A DNA stretch of 64,000 nt from Bugula neritina. Its lineage: Eukaryota; Animalia; Bryozoa. Position numbers and translations under genes: made by a program. The notes under the pieces were generated by a model. The model was given only the letters and a program-made list of their open reading frames with translations, was not told the origin of the DNA and did not search any database. Positions 41,601 to 54,500 of this stretch are shown in pieces (the first letter of the stretch is position 1; each line of letters opens with the position of its first letter). The DNA lies in contig OZ037765.1 of assembly GCA_964035545.1 (NCBI GenBank), positions 19,344,995-19,408,994 on the forward strand. The letters are read 5' to 3'.

Positions 41601-44600
41601 AAAGGGTTCCTTTTGTATATTTGTGAGCACTATTTCCCTGGAAGTAGATCCATAACAATGAATACTTTATACATGCTTATTCTATACATCCGGTGGGCTT
41701 ACTGTATGCATTTTGATTATTTTAACATGATTTCACTGTTGGTTGCCTTACCCAGTTAATGAGTCCTGTAGCCAACATAATGTACTTCAGTACTTTGCCA
41801 TATCTCATCTCTATATACTGCAAAACAGTAAATGATCAACATAAAGCAATTTGATAAATATACATGTCAGTCATTTGAAAGTTTATCATATTTTTTATCC
41901 AAAGATAGAATCTACATTATATATCATTGAACTTCCACAGGCACATGATACTTTGCCAAAATATTTATACACAATGTATACCACCAGGTGGTTGAATTCA
42001 GCCATCTTTGTTTTTATTTATCAGATTGGCAACTGTATGTCACCACATGTCTGTACCTAATTGTTTATTACAATGAAAATTAAATGATGGTTTGAGAACA
42101 TAAATTGATTAGTTGATATAATTAAAAACAAAGCTTTTGTACATTCTACCAAATTTTTAACTTTCTGCACGATGATCACTTAAAAGTTTCACTTTAACCA
42201 GTTACTAAAATAATCATACAAATACTTGAATATAAAACCAGCTGTTGAAATTAAATCTATTAGCATAAATACTATAGTCCTGCAGGGAAATGTTTCAAAT
42301 GTTGAAAGTAGCAACAATTTAATAAAAACACACCTTAAATTAACATCAGCTACAAAGTTCAGCACATCTTGAGAGGTGGAAAAGATAGCAACAGAATAAA
42401 AACAAAACTTGGTTTAAAGATAGCAACTCATCACATGTGAGGTATAAATTTCTGCACTTCTTTTTTGGTCAACCCAACAAATATGTAGGTGGGCGTTTCA
42501 ACTCATAGCATGCATTTCTTGTAAATGACTAAAAGGTAATAATTGATGTGATTTTGATTTTAGTGCAAATCGGAATTTAGTACGCTGAGAATTTTTCTAC
42601 TCAATATCTAAATTTGTGAAGCAAACTAAACTTGATATATATCTTCACCTATTCTCACCATCTCCGCGTTGTCCTGTTTAGGAAGTGGATTGTGAAAATA
42701 TATATCGAAATTTATTTGAGTCACAAACTTGAAGTGGAAAATATCTAACAACTTCTATCATTCATGTTACACATAAATGCCATCTCAAATTTAAGTTATT
42801 TTAAATGAATAAATTAGCATTTTTATTGTGAATAATTATTTTAAAATACAGCATTTAATTAATGTCTTTAAAAAAATTAGGAATGCCAGAATTGGCAACC
42901 AGAACACAGATTCCACCAAACAAGAAAGGAAAGCAAAGCTAAAATGTTCATCAGCATTTTGAAGAGTTAATTACATGTTCCCAAAATACTGAAGATCTGT
43001 CAGTGTAGATCACAAAATCCAGGTACTGTTAAATGGTAAGTGATATGAAATGGCATCTGTTGCTATGGTGATTATGCTAGTTTAGCTATATGATATTATT
43101 ACAACATTTATAATGATAGCCATCTGATGAGCAGTTATATACATTGGCAATATTGCATACAACATGCTAAGTGCCTACCTCATACACACTGATAATTTTT
43201 AATCTTTTAAAGATTGGAAGAAATAACACCAAAGCTAGGACGACTCCAATTGGTTTGAAAATATAGCTCAGCAGAAACACTGTTCCAAATGCATAAATTT
43301 CTCCCGGTAAGCCCAATATTGCACTTGATGATATAAATCTACAAATTATAAGCAGTATGCAAACTTAAGAGTACATGTATAGCAATAATGTACGTACATA
43401 TATGAATTATGTTGCAATATGCTGACAACTCCATTATTTACAGACCTTCGTACAAGATATTAAATAATCAAACATCTGACAAAACCCTGAACACTAGTAT
43501 GGCTTTAACAAACAATATATTTTATGAAAAAATTGTCCAACTTTGAATCACATTGCACTACATTATAAACTTAACCTAAACTCAAAATAAGCAAAATTGA
43601 TTTTAGAAGAAATCACGCATACCAAAGCTAGGCTATATAATATCTCACATGAAATGCAGCTGTCAACTTGTTAGCTGTCAAAAAGATTCGCTCCAATATG
43701 CTAATTAAGTTTCACCCGACATGTTTTCATATAACTACTCACTTCCTTGGATCAGAGAAATTACTTTAGAAAAATAACAACCGCAATAACGTTAAACAAG
43801 TCATAGACTGCCCCTCTATATAATATAGCTTAGAACAATAATCTAAAATACTTTATTATACATAATATAGAATTGTTTTGGAATTACAATCGGAAGACTG
43901 TAAGTGAATTCAATTAAAATGTGAGGCTTGAAATACTGTTGTGGTACTGAAAAATTACTCTAACAATTTTATCGTTAATGTTATTTCCGTTATCTTTGAC
44001 TGGGCAGAGCATTGTGTCTGTGGAAAGCCTTACAAAGATAATGGCATTGTGTAATATTCTTGTGGGTTTTTGGTACTATGCTTTGCATGGCATACGTAGG
44101 TTAGACCTTCTAAAGATAAGAGTCTGCATTATCTGCATTATATGATATTATTTGTGTGAGCAGATGTAAAATTTGACAGTCATGATGGATGATGTTTTCT
44201 GTGACTTGCATTGCAAACAATATTCAAGTTTATCTAGTCCTAGTCATAACTTATAAGTTGACAGAAACTACCACTGAGGAACACACATTTTTTTGTATTT
44301 GATATTTTTAGTTTAGCAACAACATGGACTCCCACGTTGCTTCAAGTTTTAGCGGACCACCTACAAAGTTTTTCTTTAATAGGGTGCTGGAAATAAAAAG
44401 GTAATCTCAGTCATAAATAAGCATGACGTCACAGTCATACCACAAACATCTAATCAGATATTCGCACTCAACTAATTATCTTTCTTAGGAGATTTAATGC
44501 CTTTGCTTGAGACCAGGTTTCTCAAGACAATAAGGCAAACATGGCTCATGTCACCAACTGCCCTGAAGGCTGGTGAAATCACTTGGCTTTTCACAACTTT

Positions 44601-46871
44601 TATTTACAAGGTGGACGTGCTGATATATGCAACTCGCTGATCTCTGCCACCAATTGCAATCTGCATAACTAAATACTTTTCCAGTAGGTATAGATATAAA
44701 GACACCAAATAAAACTATTATCTTGCATTGCTTACGTAACCATAATTATGCTTTCTATTTCACAATAAACCAGCATAACCTTCAACATATTTATTTATTA
44801 CAATAACATTACCAGAACAAAGCTGCAAATATTTTAAATTTAGATCTTCTTGATTGATGATAAGTATGCGCATAATCTATGCTAATCACCATTATCCTGA
44901 TCAATTGTTATCAATTTATCTGCTCACTAAACATCTGATCGGTCTTGTTTTCTTTTTGATAAAATATTATAGTAACAATAAGGCCTTACAATTCTGTATA
45001 CAAAATTGAACTAAAATGTCTGTCTATTTTTAGACTAATTGTATTTTGAAAGACAATGACAATTTAATCAAATTTCATTAAACTGTACTATTTGCGACTC
45101 TGTCTATTTGCAGTGAAACCCATGTGGTTGCATATGAAAGCAGCTGTGGTCTACTGGGTTAGATCAGTTAGTTTAGTAAACACAAAGTCATGGATTTGAA
45201 CTCTGGCAGTAAAAGCCATTGGTAATGTTAGGAAGAGCATCCAGTGTAACTACTCTTCTGCCACATATTTAAATAAGTTCGTAGCTCACTTTAACAAACA
45301 CCTTTTCATCAAAAGTTCTCATATATGAATATAGTGACTATAAACTTGCGTGAGTTTTTTTATGTGGTTGCACAAGTTGGCGAAATTGCAAAGGACCATT
45401 AAGCAGTTTTTTTCATTAGCATGCTTATAACAAGGAAATGAACACTTTTAGTCGCTTACCTTTAATTTCTGTAAATTAATAAAATTGCGTTTAGTCATAG
45501 ATTATGTAAAAGGTTTACCTTGTATCTAGACAACTGTAGTTAACTGTATTTTGTTTGCCAAATGATGCCATTGTTAATGTCAAATGTCCTACCTAGTAAG
45601 TTACATACATTGAAAACAAAAATTTGATTTCATGTAAGATAATAAACCTGGTAAATATATAATTTGGCTTAATAACAGTTTTATTGAGAAGAAATGTTGA
45701 AAAATGTACTAAAATGTAAAATATACCGATCAAAAATCAGCATTTCAATATGCACAAATACAGATTTATGTAACAGCAAAATGCATTATACAACTTATAT
45801 TTTGACAATTATAATGTGTGACCAATATAGTTATTCAACTAAACATTACATTTATATCTTCATTTACTCAATAAACTAATAGGTACCATAAGTAACCAAA
45901 ACATGTTATATAGGTTTGAGTCTACATAGCTTTATCTTTGTCTCTACTGTGAACAAGGATGTACTATATGCTAATTAAACCAATCAAGCTTTCAGAATAA
46001 AATGTTGTTTGAGGTTAAGCATTGGTGAATAATTTAGATTTTCTTATACCATGAGATTGGTTATCATTTAATTGGTGGTATTAATTATGCAGTTCAAAAC
46101 TTGAAAAAAGCATTAGGAAAACAACGGATATTTTTTTTTAATAAAAAACTTGCATCAGCATAGCTATATAATGTAGAGGTGTGTAGCATTTCGTTAGGTC
46201 AACTTGGGGTGACTCTATAGATTCAAGTAATTTTATTATTATCGTTACAGTAGCACACTATAATAGGCTAAATTACGATATATACATACAAGATTGGTTA
46301 TAGACTAAGATTATAATATAGAGAAATAAAATCACATTTAGTTAACCACATCGTGATTCTCCCCCCCCCCCATTATTCAAGTAAAATGTTAGATGCTTGT
46401 CATAAAAAGTTAAGAGCGGCTATATTGAGACTTGGTAAAGAAATGAAAAATATGGAAACCATAAAAATGCACATTTTACATTATCCTTGAAAGTTTTAGC
46501 TGCTGTTAGTTGTATTTTATGCATCACAATCAAATAATGAGTTATTTATATCAAACGAACAGCAGATGATTCATTTTCAACTGCTCAATTATGCAAAACA
46601 TGTTTTAGTACAACATCTTTTTAAATTAAATGAATACAGGATATTTAAACTATTTTTTCAAATGAAGCCAATAAGCAGCTTACCCAGCTAAGAGACTGCA
46701 GGAAACAGGAAACCAATGCATATTCTGATCCGCCATGAGATACTCCCTGGTGGTCTTCTGTTTGCCACCAGTGAATGCGTAGTAGAATCCTATACCAGCT
46801 GATAGGAGCAGCATAATTCCCATAACCAGGTAATCTGGCCATGTAAAGAGTGTTGATGCGTCAGCAACCAT
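30191..46871 (-). CDS. SLC5/SSS sodium:solute symporter, SMCT (SLC5A8/12)/NIS/SMVT-like, paralog A; 15 coding exons, 645 aa
   Basis: Exons: 46871-46684, 43338-43179, 41817-41752, 39224-39173, 38460-38393, 37765-37611, 36463-36311, 34815-34686, 34159-34071, 33579-33396, 32785-32668, 32302-32140, 31953-31853, 30977-30859, 30382-30191. All GT-AG and in frame, 1938 nt. Motifs WPDY, EYLMA, LGLPGEIY, YEYIEMRY, GGLKAVVWADTLQ, DPRVRHTLW, CDP, PGLPG, ASLSTVSS; C-terminus SSRL. Confidence 0.94.
31170..31392 (+). mobile_element. tRNA-headed SINE, family 1 (intron 13 of SLC5 A)
   Basis: A-box and B-box-like head (TGATCTAGAGGG...GTTTGAATCCC), body CCATTGGT..GTTAGGAAGAATATCCAGTCATAATTGCTC, tail GACTATAAATTTGCATGAGTT. 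Shared with 4 other copies. Confidence 0.85.
33895..34050. repeat. Low-complexity ATATACACTGT-type repeat with internal inverted symmetry
   Basis: Repeated TATATACACTGT and ACAGTGTATATA units in intron 9 of SLC5 A. Confidence 0.6.
34345..34639 (+). mobile_element. Retrozyme-like (Penelope-dependent-type) non-autonomous element: a 271-nt unit plus a partial terminal repeat, in intron 8 of SLC5 paralog A and antisense to it
   Basis: Direct repeat GCTGCTGTCCATAGATTGA at 34350-34368 and 34621-34639 spans the hammerhead cleavage site. The unit has multiple internal 8-10 bp stems, is followed by (TA)n, and has a homologous copy at 28.7 kb. Confidence 0.75.
34589..34635 (+). ncRNA. Minimal type I hammerhead ribozyme
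   Basis: Stem I UCUGUG (34589-94) pairs with CAUAGA (34630-35); core CUGAUGA at 34595-34601; stem II GGGG-ACAAA-UCCC; GAAA at 34615-18; stem III ACAG-CUG-CUGU (the ACAGC-U-GCUGU stretch is palindromic); GUC triplet at 34627-29, with predicted cleavage after 34629. Confidence 0.88.
34639..34674. repeat. (TA)n microsatellite abutting the hammerhead element
   Basis: Direct reading; lies between the element end and the exon 8 donor at 34685. Confidence 0.9.
35490..35699. repeat. Compound (TG)n/(TGCG)n/(TGTGAG)n microsatellite, about 210 bp
   Basis: Direct reading; lies in intron 7 of SLC5 A. Confidence 0.95.
36648..36802 (+). mobile_element. Highly degenerate or rearranged SINE family 1 remnant
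   Basis: Contains AAAGGCTATTGGTGATGTCAG and TTCTCACAGG, plus an inverted tail piece ATGCAAGTTTATAGT. Confidence 0.4.
37047..37198. repeat. Tandem 10-mer (TTGTCACATA) x about 15
   Basis: Direct reading; it explains the HILSHIVTYC-repeat ORFs. Confidence 0.95.
37264..37367 (+). repeat. Short tRNA-like dispersed repeat, family 2
   Basis: GTAGTGTTGTGATTCTCC leader, AGCCCTT..GTGTAATGGCTAGCG, TTACAAG, ATTCCTAGTGAAAGG. Confidence 0.55.
37393..37598 (+). mobile_element. tRNA-headed SINE, family 1, with internal deletion and 11-bp TSD (intron 6 of SLC5 A)
   Basis: A box TGGTCTAGGGG; B box GGTTCAAACCC (37461-37471); TSD TATAGCACTTA at 37382-37392 and 37599-37609. Confidence 0.88.
45133..45361 (+). 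mobile_element. tRNA-headed SINE, family 1, with 11-bp TSD (intron 1 of SLC5 A)
   Basis: Same head, body and tail as the other copies; TSD ATGTGGTTGCA at 45122-45132 and 45362-45372. Confidence 0.85.
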
Positions 46872-46911
46872 TTTGTTTATACCGCTGTTTATTTTAACTC
46901 AACACTGCAGC

Positions 46912-46919
46912 TTTATATA
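46912..46919 (-). promoter_or_regulatory. Candidate TATA box of SLC5 paralog A
   Basis: TATATAAA(G) on the minus strand, 41-48 nt upstream of the ATG at 46871. Confidence 0.35.
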
Positions 46920-49900
46920 AGCCATGTGTGGCAATGCTGTTTGCTATGACTGAAATGCTTTATATTCTACTGTACTGTAAGGTCATATGTTGTCATGGCA
47001 ACATGGTTATACAACCATAAACCAAGACTTGCAACATTTTCTCCCTTTCAGCCAATGATATATTATTTTCATTATACTAACAGTGATATCACAATGTGGC
47101 ATGTAAAGCTTGTAAACATCTATTATAGAATTTCTATAGATGATGAAACAAACTATGACAACTATAATGAATCCAGATTTATTACTCTGATAAAGATGTT
47201 TTGCTCTCAAACAAAGAATGATATATGAGCTTAACAAGTCAGGATTATGTTCTTTGCTCCCCATTTATACGCAAACAGTAGGCATGTTTCTTTTTATTTT
47301 GCTATGACCTACAGGCAACGCTAGCTTGTGAAGTAACTAAGGCACTACGTTACATAACCCAATGTCTCCCGTAAAATAGTAAGACAGTAAAAAAGTTTAC
47401 AGAAAAAGCATTCTCAAAGAGTATTCAATTTTTATGTGATCTTTTATCGCAGGTAGTTGCTTGATGATTATTGCACCAACAATGTGTAAAATGTAACGCA
47501 ATGCAGCAGTCTGTTGAAATATGAAAAACTTAAAAATGAACTACAATGCAAGTAAATAAAGTTTGTTCAACGCAGTTTAGACTTGCAAAACTAAAGCTTT
47601 GCAAAGCTCAATGCTACAATCAGAGTAAGAGCTGTGTTTTAATATATATGTGTATGTTTATTATTGCAGACTGCAAGAAAAGAGCAAAGAGATAAGTGAA
47701 AAGTGGATGAATAACAGAAAATGCTGGGTTTATATAACAGTTTAAAAAGTTAGCTATATTTGTAGTAGTCGGAATCGTTGTAGAAAAAAATATAATGTAG
47801 TTAACATAGCTATGATAATACAAGTAAAGCTGTAACTATTCAACAAGCTTTTCAAGCTCATGTAATATCTCAACAGTAAGCATTTAGAAAACCAAAGTGG
47901 CTAAAAAGTAGTATTTCACACACATTGCGCTTCCCAACAATTTCGGTCATCTGTTTTTCTATTTTTAACCTACTCAGTTTTGTTTTTTATCTCATAATTA
48001 TTAAACCAGTTCAACTATAATTCCCAAGCTTAGGAACTTGCTTATAAGTACAGTTTTGTTGAAGCTAAATAGGTCTTCTATAAAACAATTTTTATTTTTT
48101 CAACCACCGCTTATAAAACTCATAAAATTTTAAACCATGTAAATTCAATAATAACTGTATACAACATGAAATACAGTTTGACCCCAAAGAAGGGTTTTAG
48201 CAATGACACCTATGGAAGAACCTGCACAAATAAACTGTGATATTATTATTAGGAAAGCTATTTGTAATTGAAAGCTATAAGCTGAACTATTATAAATACC
48301 ACATGTATCTGTCATAACTAAAATATCTATCATAAGTTAAGTTGTTTTTAGTGAAATAATCAGTGTAAAACATATTCTTAAACTTTCTCTCAACAAGACA
48401 TACTTAGGAATAAACAGATTTACATTGTATTGTAGAACTATTATGATTAGTCTAGAAATGTGTATAGTCCATGAAAGAGCTATGTTTTCTGTAGCAAAAT
48501 TTTAAATTTTGAAAAACTCAAGTCTGTATCACCTATTCATTGTTTTCTGCTTATGTTATCACTCAATAATGAAACATGGTTTATTTGGGACTAAAGATTG
48601 CTGTGGCACTAAAAATATTTGCAGTATTTAATTATAGAAGTAATAATATCACTTATTATTCTCAAGGACACAGATCCTCAAAAAGAGCCCCTACTAAACA
48701 TGCAAAATTAATTAAAAGGGCTCAAGTTCAAATGTCTGACATCTTTACCACTAACCTAATTTACAAACATTGCTCATTGTTGTAATCCAAGTTTAACCAC
48801 CCAGTGCTATTATTAAACTCCAGAAAAAAATACATTCACACTTGAAATAACAAGTATTTAATCAACACTAATTTCACTTTGAACTTTGACCTTTTATTCT
48901 ATATCATCAAAAATATCATAATTATCTTGTTTAATAATTATGATGAGGTTACAAACACTAATAGTACTGGTTTTTATACGCAACATTATAAAAAGTTCTA
49001 GAAAAGGATCTTTTGAAAAATGCTAAATAATGCTTATATAAACTTGCAAAAATTTGGCTATCTTAATGGAAAATGCTGTAAACATTTTGGGGAATCCTTA
49101 AATGCATATTATATTGATAGACATGCTTTTAGCGATAAATTTAAGCGCCATTTTTCAATGCTTTGCATGTTTTGTGACGTTGCTCATGGACTAAAAAAAA
49201 CTTTCGTTTGTCAAATGATAGTTGGTTATTACCAAATTTTAAAGCAATCAATTTTTATGAAACTGCATCCACATGCTTGTGGCTTTGCACCAGTGCACAC
49301 CCAGCATACAAGTCCATATGCAACATAAATTTTTATGCTTTTCTTTTGGCGTACGATTTATAACTAGGAATAAAAAATTAGAACTGTCGAACATTTCAAA
49401 ATTTTGATGAAGACTTCTTAAAAAGAATCTGTAACCAATTCAATCTTAATTGAATGTGAAGTTGTGCTGAAAGAGCAACTTACATTTGTAAAATAACTTA
49501 GATGATTAAGTACTCCCTTGTGTTGTTATTGTACTTATACTAGTGTTTGGAGCTTGTACAACCACAATAGCACGTTATGATGATTATCAGAAAACCAAAA
49601 GTCATAATAATAATATGTTCATAATCTTTTCACCTTGTTTTGCCAAAACACATTTCACTTATTAGGATGAACTCAAATTATTATTCATTCTTGAAAAACA
49701 GTTGCTTGCTACTTGAGGGGAACTGTTTGGAGCAAGGCAAGGCTGTGTTATATTTCAGCATATAAACTATTATAGTGGTAGCTAGTTCAATAAAACTTCA
49801 GTATTAGGTTTTATCCACAACTTTGTTAATAGACAGATGATGTTTGCCACTTACTGATTTTAAACTATATTTTGTAAAATATTGCTACCGCAATTTAAAA

Positions 49901-51514
49901 TTTGGCCTATTCATGATATTAAAACTAAAATAAGAAAATAATGGTAGGTTGCCACATAAACTACTAAAAAAAGATTAGATTATCATTATAAAGTTGCTTT
50001 ATATTTTATTGCTAAATATTTTTTATTAAATAATAAATCACAAAAATGTGCCAACTGTTATTTCCTATAAAAAAAAAACTTCTTTTATTTTCATAATAAT
50101 ATATAAATCATAAGAATTGTATAATTTTGCTAGGTTTTCAATGCAGCAGTGAACTAGTAATAGATTTACACCTTTGTTTCACAGTGAAAAATTTGCAATA
50201 TTCTTTTGGGGTTGCTTTTATAAAACAAGTGGTGGAGAGTTCACGTTTTATGAATTTAGGTAGGTTGTATTTAGTGAATAAGAGATTTAAAATCTTCATT
50301 TTCTTGCATAATGTAAAGCATGGGATTGTAAACTTATATAAAAACTGAAAAGTTTGCATACTTTTGCCCTACTATTACTACCTGTAATCATAAAATTAAA
50401 GGAATTAAAGCCCATAACACTTAGCTGTTCTAATTCAGTGAGGCAAAGTTAGGTGCAGCAGTTTCAGTGAGATTAAAAGGTGCAAAGTTGCTTATATAAG
50501 ATAAGGGTTTGTCTCCCTTGTCAAAGATGAGATTTGTCAATAATACACCCAAATGCTCACCCTATGCACCAAACTTGCTTGGCAAGTGCACTTTATTTCT
50601 TAAGTAAGATGAGTGTGGAATGTAAGCAATGTAAGTAATTTAGCTTTCTGAACAGCGCTAACAGGTGTTTGTCAAATCTGCAAAACAATATGAACTCATT
50701 TCTTTTGATCAGCATGCAGAACTTATGCTGATATATTACAAAGTATTTTAATATGTGCTAGTTGTAATTAGTATTATTATGTTTTATGTATTGCATTTCT
50801 AATTGATAGTAATTAGTTTGCACTCACCAACTATGCAAAGTAGATAAAAAACAAATATAGGAAATCATTAAATAAGAAATATTACTCACTCACAATACTG
50901 TACTTACTGTGCTCCTTTTGATTCTATAACAGCAGTTTTCAGTCACATAAATGTGTACAACTAGTTGTTAATGTGAAACAATTTCTATTTAAATCATTTT
51001 TATTTGTTCACTTAATTTATGGTAAATAATGAAACAGAAATTACATTTTCCACACTCCATTTGGTTTGTGTATGTTTGCAACAAATCTTTAACTTTTAGT
51101 TATAATATTCATTTATAATAAACGTGCATATATGTATGTTATATAAAAATAATATCGAATAATAATTACGTATACAAGCAATGATAAAATAAAGTAAAAC
51201 AAGTTATTTTACTCCTACAAACTTACGAGAACAGCAACGCTTCAAAATAATTACATAAAATCTGAATAACATGCCTGCAGCTACACTCAAAAATATATAT
51301 AATAACAGTTTTGATTTTCGGCTTTGAAATAAAGAAATGTTCAGCTTACTGTGTTGAGAGACTTAATTACTATTGTCTAGTCTCTAGTACATCCGTGCAA
51401 TGCTATGCACTACAACACACACATAGTCTACATGTTGCAACAGCATGACGTCTCTTTTTGAACCATAATGTCATGCAACAACTACTGCTTCAATAAACTC
51501 TGTTTACTTGAATC

Positions 51515-54500
51515 TCACAAACGTTCAGTTTCCGTTACAGTCTCTATGTCTTTGTCATTCTCTTTACAAAGCTGGAAAGTTTTAAGGAACTGTTTGAGCA
51601 AATAATTCTGTAGCACACTAAATATATTATCTATATTGATGAATTATTGTTACTTCTCGGCTTGTGCATACTAAACTCAAAGAAAAACTGCTACAAGTTA
51701 ATTGAATGGTCACTCCGTATATTCTGTTAATAAATTATTAGTCATACATAGTTGAATCTAAAAATCCGACTTGAATTGCAACAATCTACCACAAGCTTCA
51801 AGGTTGTTGTTTCTAGTTTTATCAACATGTGTTTATAATTAAGCTAATGAGAAAGAAATTTGTTGCCAACAATACATAAACATCTAAACAAGCAAAACTT
51901 AAATACCTCATTTTCAGTGTCACTAAAATCAATTCTTTGCAGCCATGATTTTGGAATAAAGCAGCATTTTTTACTGAAGTATGGAGAGAGGAGCTTGCTT
52001 CGTATTGGCGGGTCATGACCTTTTGCTTTAAAGGAACACCAAACAGTTATAATAATGATATGTATTATATTATTATAAACATAGCATAAGAAAGAAAAAC
52101 TTTTAACTGTGCCTACTGAATGATAATGGAAAAAATATGTAACGTTTCTAAATAAATTTTTGGTGAACAAAAATTTGTACTACTCTAACAATCTTATGCT
52201 CCAATTTTTTTCAAGAGATTTTCATAAATGCTAAGCAATTTATTGTATACTACCGCCTATTTGTTTAAGTATCACTTTGATTGTTATCTCTTTTAGATAT
52301 TTTAAAATTTAGCATAATGTGATATTACAAAAAGTAGACAACCCCTACAAGTCTTACATTGGACTACACCGTTGATTAGTTTTTATGAAATAGATACTCT
52401 CTGTTTCTACCAAATAAAGTAAACCAGCAAGCGCTAGCCCACTGAAATACAAATAATTATTTATAATTCTAGTTATATATTTATAATTATATATTTGTAG
52501 TTGTATATTTATATAGTTATATTTCAGTCTGCTAGAAAATGTCAGAGCTATTGCTAGCATTTGAGAGTGCATTTGATGCTAATGGCTATTTTTCAAAAGA
52601 TATTATCAACTTGGCTAGAGACACAGCTTTCAACCAACCGCAAAATTCTTTACTATTAGATTTACTCATAAAGATTTCAACTTCAAAAAGCTTGAATGGT
52701 TGAAATGTCATAATAAAGTACAGTTGTTACCTAATACGTGGCTATAAATTAATGACGATACAAGGGTTACAGCCAGCTCAGTGACGCCTATCCAGGTGTA
52801 AGATAGATCATAGAAAACTTGAATTCCAGACCTAAATAATACAATTACGGTAGATAATCATAATACATTAATTTTACTTCGCAATAGCTTTGAATTATGC
52901 ATTTACTATTGAATATGCAAAAACTCCATGCATTATATAATTTGATTTTCGTTATAGTCAAGATTGGATGTTTATTATAAGAAATTATTTGATTTATTAA
53001 CTCAACTTACTAATTCACTGCTACATTTTGTTTTTGTGTATTCCAAGTGAAGAGCTAAGCAAATTGATAAATAAAATCGATCTGCAATCATAAGATTTCT
53101 AGTAGCAATACAAATACTCACATGCATACAAAACACCTCTGGACAATTACCTATAGTGAGAGTTGGGATCCCATGTATCTGGATCATAAACAGGTAGAGT
53201 TAAATTAGAAAGCAGAGAAAAATCTGTAGTATTACATCCGGCTGTAGATACTGGATAACGGTAAACATATGGCAGGTTATTTAGTCCACCAAAACCCATC
53301 CATGCACCATATGCTGTAAATAAATAAAGCTAGGAAGTTGTCTGCACAACTAGCAGCCAAACAGCCAACTTCTGCAGCAATGCTCAATCATCATACAGCT
53401 AAAATTTCAGTTTCTAGCAGTCAATGCACATCTGGTAGAAATTTAATCTTTTAGCTAACCCATGGGAATGCAGTTTGGTATTTTCTGCTGTACTTGTAAG
53501 AATAAATAGCTAGTTTTCCTAAGATTTAGTTAATATCATTCTAAAGATATGATGAAACAGCAGCTAAAAGCCATGAAAAACCCTTGCTTTTAGCTTTAGT
53601 ATAAACAGAGCTTAATAAAATTTCACTGCAGAAAAAAACACTTTTTGTCTAAAAATCTTTTTGAGTATACAGCCAACACATTGTAACACAATTTGAGTTA
53701 ACATGCAAATCAAAAGGCATGAGTTTCAACATTACGCATTAATTATTTTTTACGTTACAAATTATATATTTATAGTATAACAAACAATTATCCCGACGTG
53801 TATTTACTACAAATTAGGGGCGCTTTCGGATTCCCTGCGCTTAGTGGTAAGCCTAGGGCCACACGGTGCGTATTTTCGCATGCGAAAATTGAAATCACAA
53901 GTAGCAAAGGTGTCCACTGTGCGCGTTGAGAAAACGTTCGCACTTGCGTTGAAAATGCTGAGCGACAAGTGCGAATCGTCTCTGTCATCGTCACCTAATT
54001 GGCTGGTAGCTATTCAGCGAGCCCAATTTCTTTAATTTAGTGCTACATTCCAGCAAATTGCGTTCTATTGAAAGCGAGCGCGATTTAAAAATGAAAGCTT
54101 TATTTATCACGCATCACTGACGCTACAGTGGACACCTTTGCTACTTGTGATTTCAATTTTCGCATGCGAAAATACGCACCGTGTGGCCCTAGGCTTAGCC
54201 TAACTGTAGGCCCTACGCGATGACCATTCGGCAACCATCACGCGGCAATTCTTCAAGCAATTACAGTAGTTTTTCTCTGACATTGCGTCATTTTTGTAAA
54301 CAAGCGTAAGCGATAGAATAGGTAGTTACCCCTGCGCGTACCCAGGGTACTCGTGGTTACCGAATACGAGTACCCTGACATTAATTAAAGTATTAGCCTT
54401 AGTAACTAATAGCACACATCAAGATTTTTAAGCTACATTAGCGAATATATTAGTGCTATCAACTATTAATTTATTTACAAGGTGGCTACTTTATATTTTT

